Of a stretch of DNA of 32,000 nucleotides, positions 19,101-24,250 are shown one piece after another. The notes under the pieces were generated by a model, which saw only the letters and a list, made by a program, of their open reading frames with translations, had not been told where the DNA came from and did no database searches. Source of the stretch: Alkalilimnicola ehrlichii MLHE-1 (GTDB lineage: Bacteria > Pseudomonadota > Gammaproteobacteria > Nitrococcales > Halorhodospiraceae). Where the stretch lies: positions 2,910,001-2,942,000 of the forward strand of contig NC_008340.1 of assembly GCF_000014785.1 (NCBI RefSeq). The letters are read 5' to 3'. The translations under genes were made by a program, and so were the position numbers. Every line of letters begins with the position of its first letter. Position 1 is the stretch's first letter.

Positions 19101-19604
19101 GCCGACCAGATCATCTGGTGCACCGCCGGTGAGGCGCTGATTGAGGCCCGCCGCCCGGGGGACTGCGCGGTGCAGGCCACCGACATGCTGGATGTGCTGC
19201 GCCGGTACGCCGACGGCGAGATCCGCCCGGTCGAGGGCCGCGGCCTGCCGCTCTCCTCGGTGGACCGCATCCTGGTAATGGGCGGCACCGGGCTGCTCAA
19301 GGGCTTCCAGGCCGCCCTGGGTGACCACCTGGGCGGCCGCCTCGCCCCCGGGGTCCAGGCCCACGGCACCGTGGGCAGCCCGATGCAGTGCATGCTCAAG
19401 GGCGTCTGTGCCCAGTGCCTGCAGTGGCAGCTCGACCCGGAAACCGGCAAACGCACCCGCCCGGTCTTCTCCTGCGCCGAACAGGACCAGCCCCTGGCCT
19501 GGATCGACCTGGACAACCTGGCCGCCCGCCAGCAGCAGAACCGCCTGCTGGACCAGCTCACCGGCCAATGGGTGGACCACGTGCTGGCCCGAGCTGACGA
19601 CTGA
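16110..19604 (+). CDS. Large fused iron-sulfur flavoprotein (~1164 aa): unassigned N-terminal domain (~245 aa), GltD/NfnB-like module (2x[4Fe-4S] plus FAD/NAD(P)H), and PyrK/NfnA-like ferredoxin-reductase module (FAD/NAD plus C-terminal [2Fe-2S])
   Basis: Cys motifs at about 16845-17100: HYCVLCHEHAGDFC, GCPLEEKISEMHAL, ATGHRICNDCMKACIY. These parallel the GltD/NfnB motifs C..C....C, GCPL.N.IPEW and TG.VCP..CE..C. Dinucleotide folds: VLVAGMGPAGFTMA (about 17263) and AVVIGGGLTGVDTATE. The C-terminal third has FRPGQFFRLQ (about 18715), PVVLMGPTGAP and a Cys cluster CMLKGVCAQCLQW...FSCAEQ (about 19387-19480), as in PyrK/NfnA. The start is uncertain: ATG 16110 was chosen, and GTG 16047 is possible. 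Confidence 0.8.
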   Translation: MNSLDQHLESAGLTFARLQTPAGLAELDRRFLDWLRERDGELCERLLAHRDRQPATTPDYSRLLLAVAPHLEQWLAGLFGITEALTRRRATLVADDVIIDFRREFVQKRARRARPEADFTTLDEALREALRQARLPTEQDEELAVARYGLNLLGDEAGHAEAIRGLAEWCARALETPEGRARVAGWTAFRLPRKVDHARLVPLRRADLPGAARLAAATEHHRSRDGFSLTDPRMSARDVHAETHYCVLCHEHAGDFCSRGFPEKKKQPELGYRVDPLGNTLTGCPLEEKISEMHALRREGRVIAALAMIMVDNPMVPATGHRICNDCMKACIYQKQDPVNIPQAETGVLTEVLDLPWGVELYHLLARWNPLRPQQYLEQPHNGRRVLVAGMGPAGFTMAHHLTMAGCKVVGIDGLKVEPLPEDILRGPVRDWDQLAEDLDERTLLGFGGVAEYGITVRWDKNFLKLIYLTLARRQTFSVHGGVRLGGTLTLEDAWEQGFDHVCVATGAGYPRVIPMGNSLARGMRQANDFLMALQLTGAGKMSSIANLQVRLPAVVIGGGLTGVDTATEVQAYYIRQVEKVLWRYETLVAERGEARVRDRLNDEDQAILDEFLAHGRAARDERAKAAAEGREPDFIPLIQKWGGVTIAYRKGMNASPAYTRNHEELRAATEEGLYYAEGLDPIHARLDEHHHIRSLVCRQMKHDAGRWFTTSHEVELPARSVFVAAGTVPNTIYEHEHPGSLELEGNHYRPHAFHNEGLQPVQTAEHVKSPEAGPFTGYRHQGRTVTFLGDTHPVYQGSVVRAIASAHDSWPEVMKALDSLPARVPNPDPHAFQRRVADLLSAEVVSVNRDNPAVTEIWVRAPAAARRFRPGQFFRLQTYESHSPLVAGTRLQVPLLTVSGTGIDGDCIRLMVFQWGAGPRIAGRLRPGDPVVLMGPTGAPTDIPSGETVLVVAGRWGAAVMHDIGSALRAAGNRVLYLAAFGSPRDVDHQGELEAGADQIIWCTAGEALIEARRPGDCAVQATDMLDVLRRYADGEIRPVEGRGLPLSSVDRILVMGGTGLLKGFQAALGDHLGGRLAPGVQAHGTVGSPMQCMLKGVCAQCLQWQLDPETGKRTRPVFSCAEQDQPLAWIDLDNLAARQQQNRLLDQLTGQWVDHVLARADD

Positions 19605-19816
19605 CGGACGGCGGTGCGCCGGCGGGGGCGGATTACGGTTCAGGCCGACTTTTGCCCACCGAGCAACGCAGGGAAAAATCGGATGAAGCGCGTGCCTGTT
19701 CGAGCGAAGCGAGTTCACGCGCGCCGATTTTTCCCGAGTAGCGCAGGGTACCCGAAGGGTGCGCAATCGGAGGCCTGAACCGTAATCCGCCCCCGCCGGC
19801 GCACCGCCGTCCGTCA
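19602..19816. repeat. 215-bp nested palindromic element: 45-bp perfect inverted repeats flanking a 125-bp core that contains a second, imperfect inverted repeat (MITE/REP-like, or a giant 3' hairpin)
   Basis: 19602..19646 (TGACGGACGGCGGTGCGCCGGCGGGGGCGGATTACGGTTCAGGCC) is the exact reverse complement of 19772..19816. Inner repeat: GGGAAAAATCGG (19671..19682) plus GCGCGTG (19688..19694) pairs with CACGCGC (19716..19722) plus CCGATTTTTCCC (19724..19735). The first three nucleotides of the left arm are the TGA stop of the upstream 1164-aa gene. Confidence 0.85.
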
Positions 19817-19872
19817 CCCCCTATTTCCTACGGTGTCAGCGGGCTTGAAAAGCCGGCCGGAAAAGCGCAGGC

Positions 19873-19881
19873 TGATACAAT
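19873..19881 (+). promoter_or_regulatory. Candidate extended -10 promoter element (TGATACAAT) for the DUF2892 gene
   Basis: TG-n-TACAAT is 39 nt upstream of ATG 19920. A TTGAAA at about 19845 is spaced too far away to serve as a -35. Pattern match only. Confidence 0.25.
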
Positions 19882-19919
19882 CTTTTAATTGAATACATCC
19901 CCCAACTGGAGGTCTCCGT

Positions 19920-20117
19920 ATGAACCTGAAACAGAACATGGGCACCGTGGACCGTGCCCTCCGCGCCATCGTCGGCGTCATCCTGCTGGCGCTGGTCTTC
20001 GTCGGTCCGCAGACCCCTTGGGGCCTGATCGGTATCATCCCGCTGGCCACCGCCGCCATCGGCTGGTGCCCCGTCTACCTGCCCCTGGGCCTCAGCACCT
20101 GCGGCAAGAAGACCTGA
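19920..20117 (+). CDS. Small DUF2892 (YgaP-C-terminal-like) two-TM membrane protein
   Basis: MNLKQNMGTVDRALRAIVGVILLALVF...GLIGIIPLATAAIGWCPVYLPLGLSTC. The motif N.G..DR..R...G.......... GL.G..PL.T...G.CP.Y...G..T is the DUF2892 signature. Good SD (GGAGG). Confidence 0.75.
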   Translation: MNLKQNMGTVDRALRAIVGVILLALVFVGPQTPWGLIGIIPLATAAIGWCPVYLPLGLSTCGKKT

Positions 20118-20150
20118 CCGCCGGCCGCTGACGGCAGTGCCAACCGAATA

Positions 20151-20181
20151 ACGCCCGGGGGCCCAAAAGGCCGTCGGGCGT
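20151..20181. terminator. Candidate bidirectional hairpin terminator between the convergent DUF2892 gene and cynS
   Basis: ACGCCCG-gg-GGCC-caaaa-GGCC-gt-CGGGCGT: 11 bp in two helices. It is followed by cATTTCTT on the plus strand and TTATT on the minus strand. The U-tracts are weak. Confidence 0.45.
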
Positions 20182-20210
20182 CATTTCTTCACCGTCGACA
20201 ACCGCAGCCT

Positions 20211-20654
20211 TCACCAGCGTTTGTAGGGCAGGAACTTCCCGTTCAGGGTGAGCACCACCCGATCGCCCTTCGGGTCCTCGACCTTGTCCACCTCCATGGT
20301 GAAGTCGATGGCACTCATGATGCCGTCACCGAACTTCTCCTGGATCACCTGCTTCAGGGTCTCGCCGTAGACCATCACCACCTCGTTCAGACGATAGACC
20401 AGCGGGTCGGAGAGCATCTCTTGGTAGCGCTGGCCCTTCTCCGGGTAGACCTGCAACGCCGCCCCCACCTCACCGGGCAGCCCCAGCACGCCGCAGAGCT
20501 TTTCGGCCGGATCGGCCAGCAGGCTGTTCTCTCCCAGGCAGGCGGAACAGATGAAGACCGGCGACAGGCCCGTGGCCTCCCCGATGGCCTCCCAGCTCAT
20601 GCCTTTGAACTGCTTGGCGGCCAGGATCGCTTCACGCATTTCTGCCTTGTTCAT
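20211..20654 (-). CDS. cynS: Cyanase (cyanate hydratase)
   Basis: ORF 20211..20678 trimmed to ATG 20654 (SD GAGGA 8 nt upstream), giving 147 aa, the same size as cyanobacterial CynS. The C-terminal catalytic half is nearly invariant: DPLVYRLNEVVMVYGETLKQVIQEKFGDGIMSAIDFTMEVDKVEDPKGDRVVLTLNGKFLPYKRW. Confidence 0.93.
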   Translation of the reverse strand: MNKAEMREAILAAKQFKGMSWEAIGEATGLSPVFICSACLGENSLLADPAEKLCGVLGLPGEVGAALQVYPEKGQRYQEMLSDPLVYRLNEVVMVYGETLKQVIQEKFGDGIMSAIDFTMEVDKVEDPKGDRVVLTLNGKFLPYKRW

Positions 20655-20718
20655 GGTTGTCATCCTCTTGAAGGTCAAAGGTTAGGGCACACGGCTACGC
20701 CGCGCTCAAGGTAGTACT

Positions 20719-20736
20719 CACCTGCCGTGGCAGGTG
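20719..20736 (-). other. Hairpin immediately after the cynD stop (CACCTGCC-ac-GGCAGGTG on the minus strand)
   Basis: Perfect 8+8 inverted repeat seen in the 86-nt cynD-cynS spacer. No U-run follows. A possible mRNA-stability or processing element. Confidence 0.3.
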
Positions 20737-20740
20737 CGGT

Positions 20741-21613
20741 TCAGCCATTCACAACCCGCTTTCCGGGCTCCGGTTCCTCGCCGACATTGACCTCGGCCGC
20801 CTTGCGGGTGCCGCTCTGCCCCTGCAGTTCCCGGGAGCGCCGGACCAGGAAGTCGACCAAGTGGTTGCGGGTCGGGTAGTAGTTGGGGTGCTCGATGATG
20901 GAGGTCCGGTCCCGCGGCCGGGGGATATCCACCTTCACCGCCTCGGCCACGTGGGCCTCCGGGCCGTTGGTCATCAGCAGGATGCGGTCGGAGAGCAGGA
21001 TGGCCTCGTCCACGTCGTGGGTGATCATGAACACCGTCTGCCCGGAGTCGCTCCAGATCCGCAGCAACTCGTCCTGGATGGTGCCCCGGGTCAGGGCGTC
21101 CAGGGCGCCGAAGGGCTCGTCCATGAGCAGCAGCTTGGGTTCGATGGCGAAGGCGCGGGCGATACCCACCCGCTGGCGCATGCCGCCGGAAAGCTCCGCC
21201 GGGCGCCGGGTCTCACTGCCCTCCAGCCCCACGAGCCGGATGTACTTCATGGCGTGCTCACGCACCTGCTGACGGCTCCAGCCCGGCCAGCGGGCCTGGG
21301 TGGCAAACACCACGTTGGCCAGGGCGCTCTTCCAGGGCAGCAGGCTGTGGTTCTGGAAGATCACCCCCCGGTCCAGGCTCGGGCCCTTCACTTCCTTGCC
21401 GTCCATGAAGACGTTGCCGTCGGTGGCCTCGTCCAGGCCCGCCAGCACGTTCAGGATGGTGGACTTGCCGCAGCCGGAGTGGCCGATGACACAGATGAAC
21501 TCGCCCTTCTCGATGTTGAAGTCCACCCCGTCAAAGACGGTAAGCGGGTCCCCGCCGCGGGCAGCGGGGAAGGTCTTCTTGAGGCTTTCCACCTCGAGGA
21601 ATGCATGACTCAT
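20741..21613 (-). CDS. cynD: ABC transporter ATP-binding protein of the nitrate/cyanate/bicarbonate (NrtD/CynD/SsuB) family
   Basis: ORF trimmed to ATG 21613 (SD GGGAGAG). Walker A GHSGCGKST, Q-loop, signature LSGGMRQR, Walker B LLLMDEPFGALD and H-loop ITHD. The gene symbol is assigned from operon context with cynS, not from substrate evidence. Confidence 0.88.
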   Translation of the reverse strand: MSHAFLEVESLKKTFPAARGGDPLTVFDGVDFNIEKGEFICVIGHSGCGKSTILNVLAGLDEATDGNVFMDGKEVKGPSLDRGVIFQNHSLLPWKSALANVVFATQARWPGWSRQQVREHAMKYIRLVGLEGSETRRPAELSGGMRQRVGIARAFAIEPKLLLMDEPFGALDALTRGTIQDELLRIWSDSGQTVFMITHDVDEAILLSDRILLMTNGPEAHVAEAVKVDIPRPRDRTSIIEHPNYYPTRNHLVDFLVRRSRELQGQSGTRKAAEVNVGEEPEPGKRVVNG

Positions 21614-21631
21614 AGGGTCTCTCCCGGGGCA

Positions 21632-21654
21632 GCCCCCGGCGCTCGGCCGGGGGC
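21632..21654 (-). other. GC-rich hairpin in the 96-nt cynB-cynD spacer (GCCCCCGG-7 nt-CCGGGGGC)
   Basis: Perfect 8-bp inverted repeat read from the sequence, ending about 18 nt before the cynD SD. Function unknown. Confidence 0.3.
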
Positions 21655-21709
21655 GCATTGCCCACAGTGACGTTGTACGCGGATGCCTGAATTCAGTGAA
21701 TGCACGGGC

Positions 21710-22549
21710 TCATTCGGCGTACTGCACGGCCCGGGTGGCCATGGCCAGCATGCTGTCCAGGATCATGCCGACGATCCCGATCATGAGCACCGCGAAGATC
21801 ACGCTGGTCAGATCCAGGTTGTTCCACTGGTTCCAGACGAAGTAGCCGACGCCGGTTCCACCGACGAGCATCTCGGCGGCCACGATGACCAGCCAGGAGA
21901 TCCCGATGGCAATGCGCATGCCGGTGAGGATGGTGGGTGCGGCGGCCGGCAGGATCACCGAGAAGGCGGTTTTCACCGGCGAGAGCTGCAGCGTGCGCGC
22001 CACGTTCAGCAGGTCCTTCTTGACCCCCGCCACCCCGAAGGCGGTATTCACCAGGATGGGCCAGACGGAACAGATGAAGATGACGAAGATCGCCGACTGC
22101 ACCGAGTCCTGGATGATGTAGAGCGCCAGGGGCATCCAGGCCAGCGGCGAGATGGGCCGCAGCACCTGGATGTAGGGGTTAAGCGCCTTCTGCATCACCG
22201 GCGACATGCCCACCACGAAGCCCAGCGGGATGGCCACCAGCACCGCCAGCCCGTAGCCGGCCAGCACCCGGCCTATGGAGTGGGCCAGTTGGGTGCCGAT
22301 GCCCTTGTCGTTGCTGCCCCGGTCGTAGAAGGGGTCAGAGAGCTCCGTCACCGCCAGGCTCAACACCTCCGACGGCGCCGGGATGTTGCTGCTGGAAGCG
22401 CTGCCCGCGCCGGTGAGCATTTCGTACTCGCTGAGCTCCTCCTGCCCGGGAACCAGGGTGCCACCCACGCTCCACTCCCAGATGCCCAATATCACCACGA
22501 GCATGGCGAGGCTGAGGACGACGGCCTTGAGGTTCTCGCGACTCAACAT
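21710..22549 (-). CDS. cynB: ABC transporter permease of the NrtB/CynB family
   Basis: 279-aa, 6-7 TM protein. Family EAA loop: NVARTLQLSPVKTAFSVILPAAAPTILTGMRIAIGISW. ATG 22549 lies 3 nt after the cynA stop, with GGAGG inside the cynA 3' end. Confidence 0.88.
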   Translation of the reverse strand: MLSRENLKAVVLSLAMLVVILGIWEWSVGGTLVPGQEELSEYEMLTGAGSASSSNIPAPSEVLSLAVTELSDPFYDRGSNDKGIGTQLAHSIGRVLAGYGLAVLVAIPLGFVVGMSPVMQKALNPYIQVLRPISPLAWMPLALYIIQDSVQSAIFVIFICSVWPILVNTAFGVAGVKKDLLNVARTLQLSPVKTAFSVILPAAAPTILTGMRIAIGISWLVIVAAEMLVGGTGVGYFVWNQWNNLDLTSVIFAVLMIGIVGMILDSMLAMATRAVQYAE

Positions 22550-22552
22550 GGC

Positions 22553-23980
22553 TTACGACCTCCGTATCTCGAAGCTGTCCACGTAGGCCTCCGGCTGCTC
22601 AGGGTCGAACGCCTTGCCCATGATCATGTGGCTCTTGTAGGTGACCTCCGGCGGCTCGTAGCCCAGCTCGCGCATGAGTTTGCCGCAGTCGGTGGCCAGG
22701 TAGACCTCTTCGGCGATGCCCTTGTAGTCCACGTCGCCGTCCACGTAACCCCAGCGCTTCATCTGGGTCATGATCCACACCGCCATGGAGTGCCAGGGGA
22801 AGGGGTCGAAGTCGATCCGGTCCGGGTCCTCCTTGACGTTGCCCAGCCCGTCGGCGTAGCGGCCAGTCAGCACCTGCTGAATCACCGATACCGGCTGGTT
22901 CAGGTAGTTGCGCGGGGCGATGGCCTCGGAGATCTCGGCCCGGTTCTCGTGCTCGGAGGCATAGTGGGTGGCGTCCACGATGGCCTTGAACAGGGCACCG
23001 AAGCTGTTCGGGTACTCCTCGGCAAAGGCGCGGCTGGTGGCGAAGGCGCAGCAGGGGTGGCCGTCCCAGATCTCCTTGGTGAGCAGGTGGATGAAACCCA
23101 CCTCCTCCCAGACCGCCCGCTGGTTGAAGGGGTCGGGGGCCAGGTAGCCGTCCACGTTGCCGGCGCGCAGGTTGGCCACCATCTCCGGCGGCGGCAGCAC
23201 GCGAATCTGGATATCCCGGTCCGGGTCCAGGCCGTGCTCGGCGACGTAGTAGCGCAGCAGGAAGTTGTGCATGGAGAAGTCGAAGGGCACGGCGAAGCGG
23301 AAGCCCTTCCACTGGCTGGGGTCGCGCTTGTCCTTGTGCTTGTTGTGCAGGGTGATGGCCTGGCCGTTGATGTTCTCCACCGCCGGCATGATGAAGGGCA
23401 TGCTCGACGAGCCGGTGCCCATGGTCATGGCCAGGGGCATGGGGGTGAGCATGTGGGAGGCGTCGTACTCCCGGTTCATGGACATATCCCGGGCCACCGC
23501 CCAGCCGGCGGTGGAGCGCAGGTCCACGTTCAGCCCGTAGCGCTCGTAGAAGCCCATGGGGTGGGCCATGATGATGGGCGTGGCGCAGGTGATGGGCACA
23601 AAGCCCACGGTCAGGTCGCGCTTCTCGGGGTCACCCAGGTTGTCCTTGAGCATGGCCTTGGCCGCATCCAGCGGGAATATGGAGCCCACCGCCGCAGCAA
23701 AGGTGCCGGCGCCCACCGCCTTCAGGAAGAAACGCCGGCTGGCGTCGTGGTGACCGAACAGGGCACGCACCACCGCGCTCTCCACGGCCCGGTCGAACAT
23801 GGCCTCTTTGTCGACGCCCTGCTTCGCGGCCAGCATCTGGTTGGCGTCCTGCTCCGCTGGGGCGGCCCCGTGGTCGTGCTGGGCATGTTCGCCGCCACCG
23901 CAGCTGGAGCAGGTGCAGCCCGCTCCGTGGCGCAGGTCCGCCTCCGGGTTGAACGGGTCGTTGAGTGATCGGTTGCTCAT
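22553..23980 (-). CDS. cynA: NrtA/CmpA/CynA-family periplasmic substrate-binding protein with a twin-arginine signal and an unusual 80-aa Cys/His-rich N-terminal extension
   Basis: Tat motif SRRFFLKAVGAGTFAAAVG at residues 81-99. Mature-domain blocks typical of NrtA-like proteins: LTVGFVPITCATPIIMA, GW.V.RD, GQAIT, FAVPF..SMHN.LLRYY.AEHGLDPD.DIQ....PP.EMVANL..GN.DG.L.PDPFNQRAV, HPCC.FA. The start at 23980 is backed by a strong SD (GGGAGG, 8 nt) directly after the leader terminator. Confidence 0.88.
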   Translation of the reverse strand: MSNRSLNDPFNPEADLRHGAGCTCSSCGGGEHAQHDHGAAPAEQDANQMLAAKQGVDKEAMFDRAVESAVVRALFGHHDASRRFFLKAVGAGTFAAAVGSIFPLDAAKAMLKDNLGDPEKRDLTVGFVPITCATPIIMAHPMGFYERYGLNVDLRSTAGWAVARDMSMNREYDASHMLTPMPLAMTMGTGSSSMPFIMPAVENINGQAITLHNKHKDKRDPSQWKGFRFAVPFDFSMHNFLLRYYVAEHGLDPDRDIQIRVLPPPEMVANLRAGNVDGYLAPDPFNQRAVWEEVGFIHLLTKEIWDGHPCCAFATSRAFAEEYPNSFGALFKAIVDATHYASEHENRAEISEAIAPRNYLNQPVSVIQQVLTGRYADGLGNVKEDPDRIDFDPFPWHSMAVWIMTQMKRWGYVDGDVDYKGIAEEVYLATDCGKLMRELGYEPPEVTYKSHMIMGKAFDPEQPEAYVDSFEIRRS

Positions 23981-24003
23981 GGTGCTTACCTCCCGCCAAT
24001 AAC

Positions 24004-24048
24004 AAAAAAGGGCGCGGCATCGGCCGGTAGCCGACGCCAGACGCCCTT
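24004..24048 (-). terminator. Strong intrinsic terminator inside the cynA 5' leader (the regulated attenuator)
   Basis: Minus strand: AAGGGCG-tct-GGCGTCGGC-taccg-GCCGATGCC-g-CGCCCTT-TTTT. The two helices of 7 bp and 9 bp (one G-U pair) are followed by a run of six T. It ends about 20 nt before the cynA SD/ATG. Confidence 0.8.
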
Positions 24049-24094
24049 GCCTGGAAAGCCTGTTTCAGTGCCTGCCACCACCCGCCGTTGGGTG
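24037..24094 (-). promoter_or_regulatory. ANTAR-type RNA target: two hairpins with A-x-x-G hexaloops, the second overlapping the terminator 5' arm (antiterminator)
   Basis: Minus strand hairpin 1, 24094..24079: CACCC-AACGGC-GGGTG. Hairpin 2, 24054..24037: CCAGGC-AAGGGC-GTCTGG (one G-U pair). Both loops are 6 nt, with A at position 1 and G at position 4. The linker is 24 nt. The loop and 3' arm of hairpin 2 (AAGGGCGTCTGG) are the same nucleotides as the terminator 5' arm. Confidence 0.75.
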
Positions 24095-24135
24095 TCGCGC
24101 TGCGACGGACAGGGCACTGATGTCAGTGATGTATA

Positions 24136-24151
24136 TTCAATTCGCGTGCCA
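24136..24151 (-). promoter_or_regulatory. Sigma-54 (-24/-12)-like promoter for the cyn operon (TGGCAC-GCGAA-TTGAA)
   Basis: On the minus strand there is a perfect -24 element TGGCAC(G) and correct 5-nt spacing to TTG. The -12 reads TTGA instead of the consensus TTGC. It lies about 40 nt upstream of ANTAR hairpin 1. Confidence 0.45.
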
Positions 24152-24215
24152 GATTTGGCTTTTACCGTTGAAACAACGTGTTACGAAATAGCTTGACACC
24201 CCGTGGCGGGGCAAC

Positions 24216-24232
24216 TGCACGGCATCGGTGCG
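24216..24232. promoter_or_regulatory. Possible NtrC-type enhancer half-site pair (GCAC-N7-GTGC)
   Basis: CGCACCGATGCCGTGCA (minus strand) has the spacing of the NtrC consensus TGCACCA-N3-TGGTGCA and matches about 10 of 14 specified positions by hand. It is about 70-80 bp upstream of the sigma-54-like promoter, just after the nasT-like stop. Weak evidence. Confidence 0.25.
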
Positions 24233-24250
24233 GGCATGCACTGCCGCGGG

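Noticed and set aside
19008-19817. A 269-codon minus-strand ORF running through the palindromic element, checked as a possible transposase for the MITE-like repeat
   Set aside because: Most of it is antisense to the 3' end of the flavoprotein gene. There is no DDE, HTH or recombinase motif, and the composition is low-complexity.
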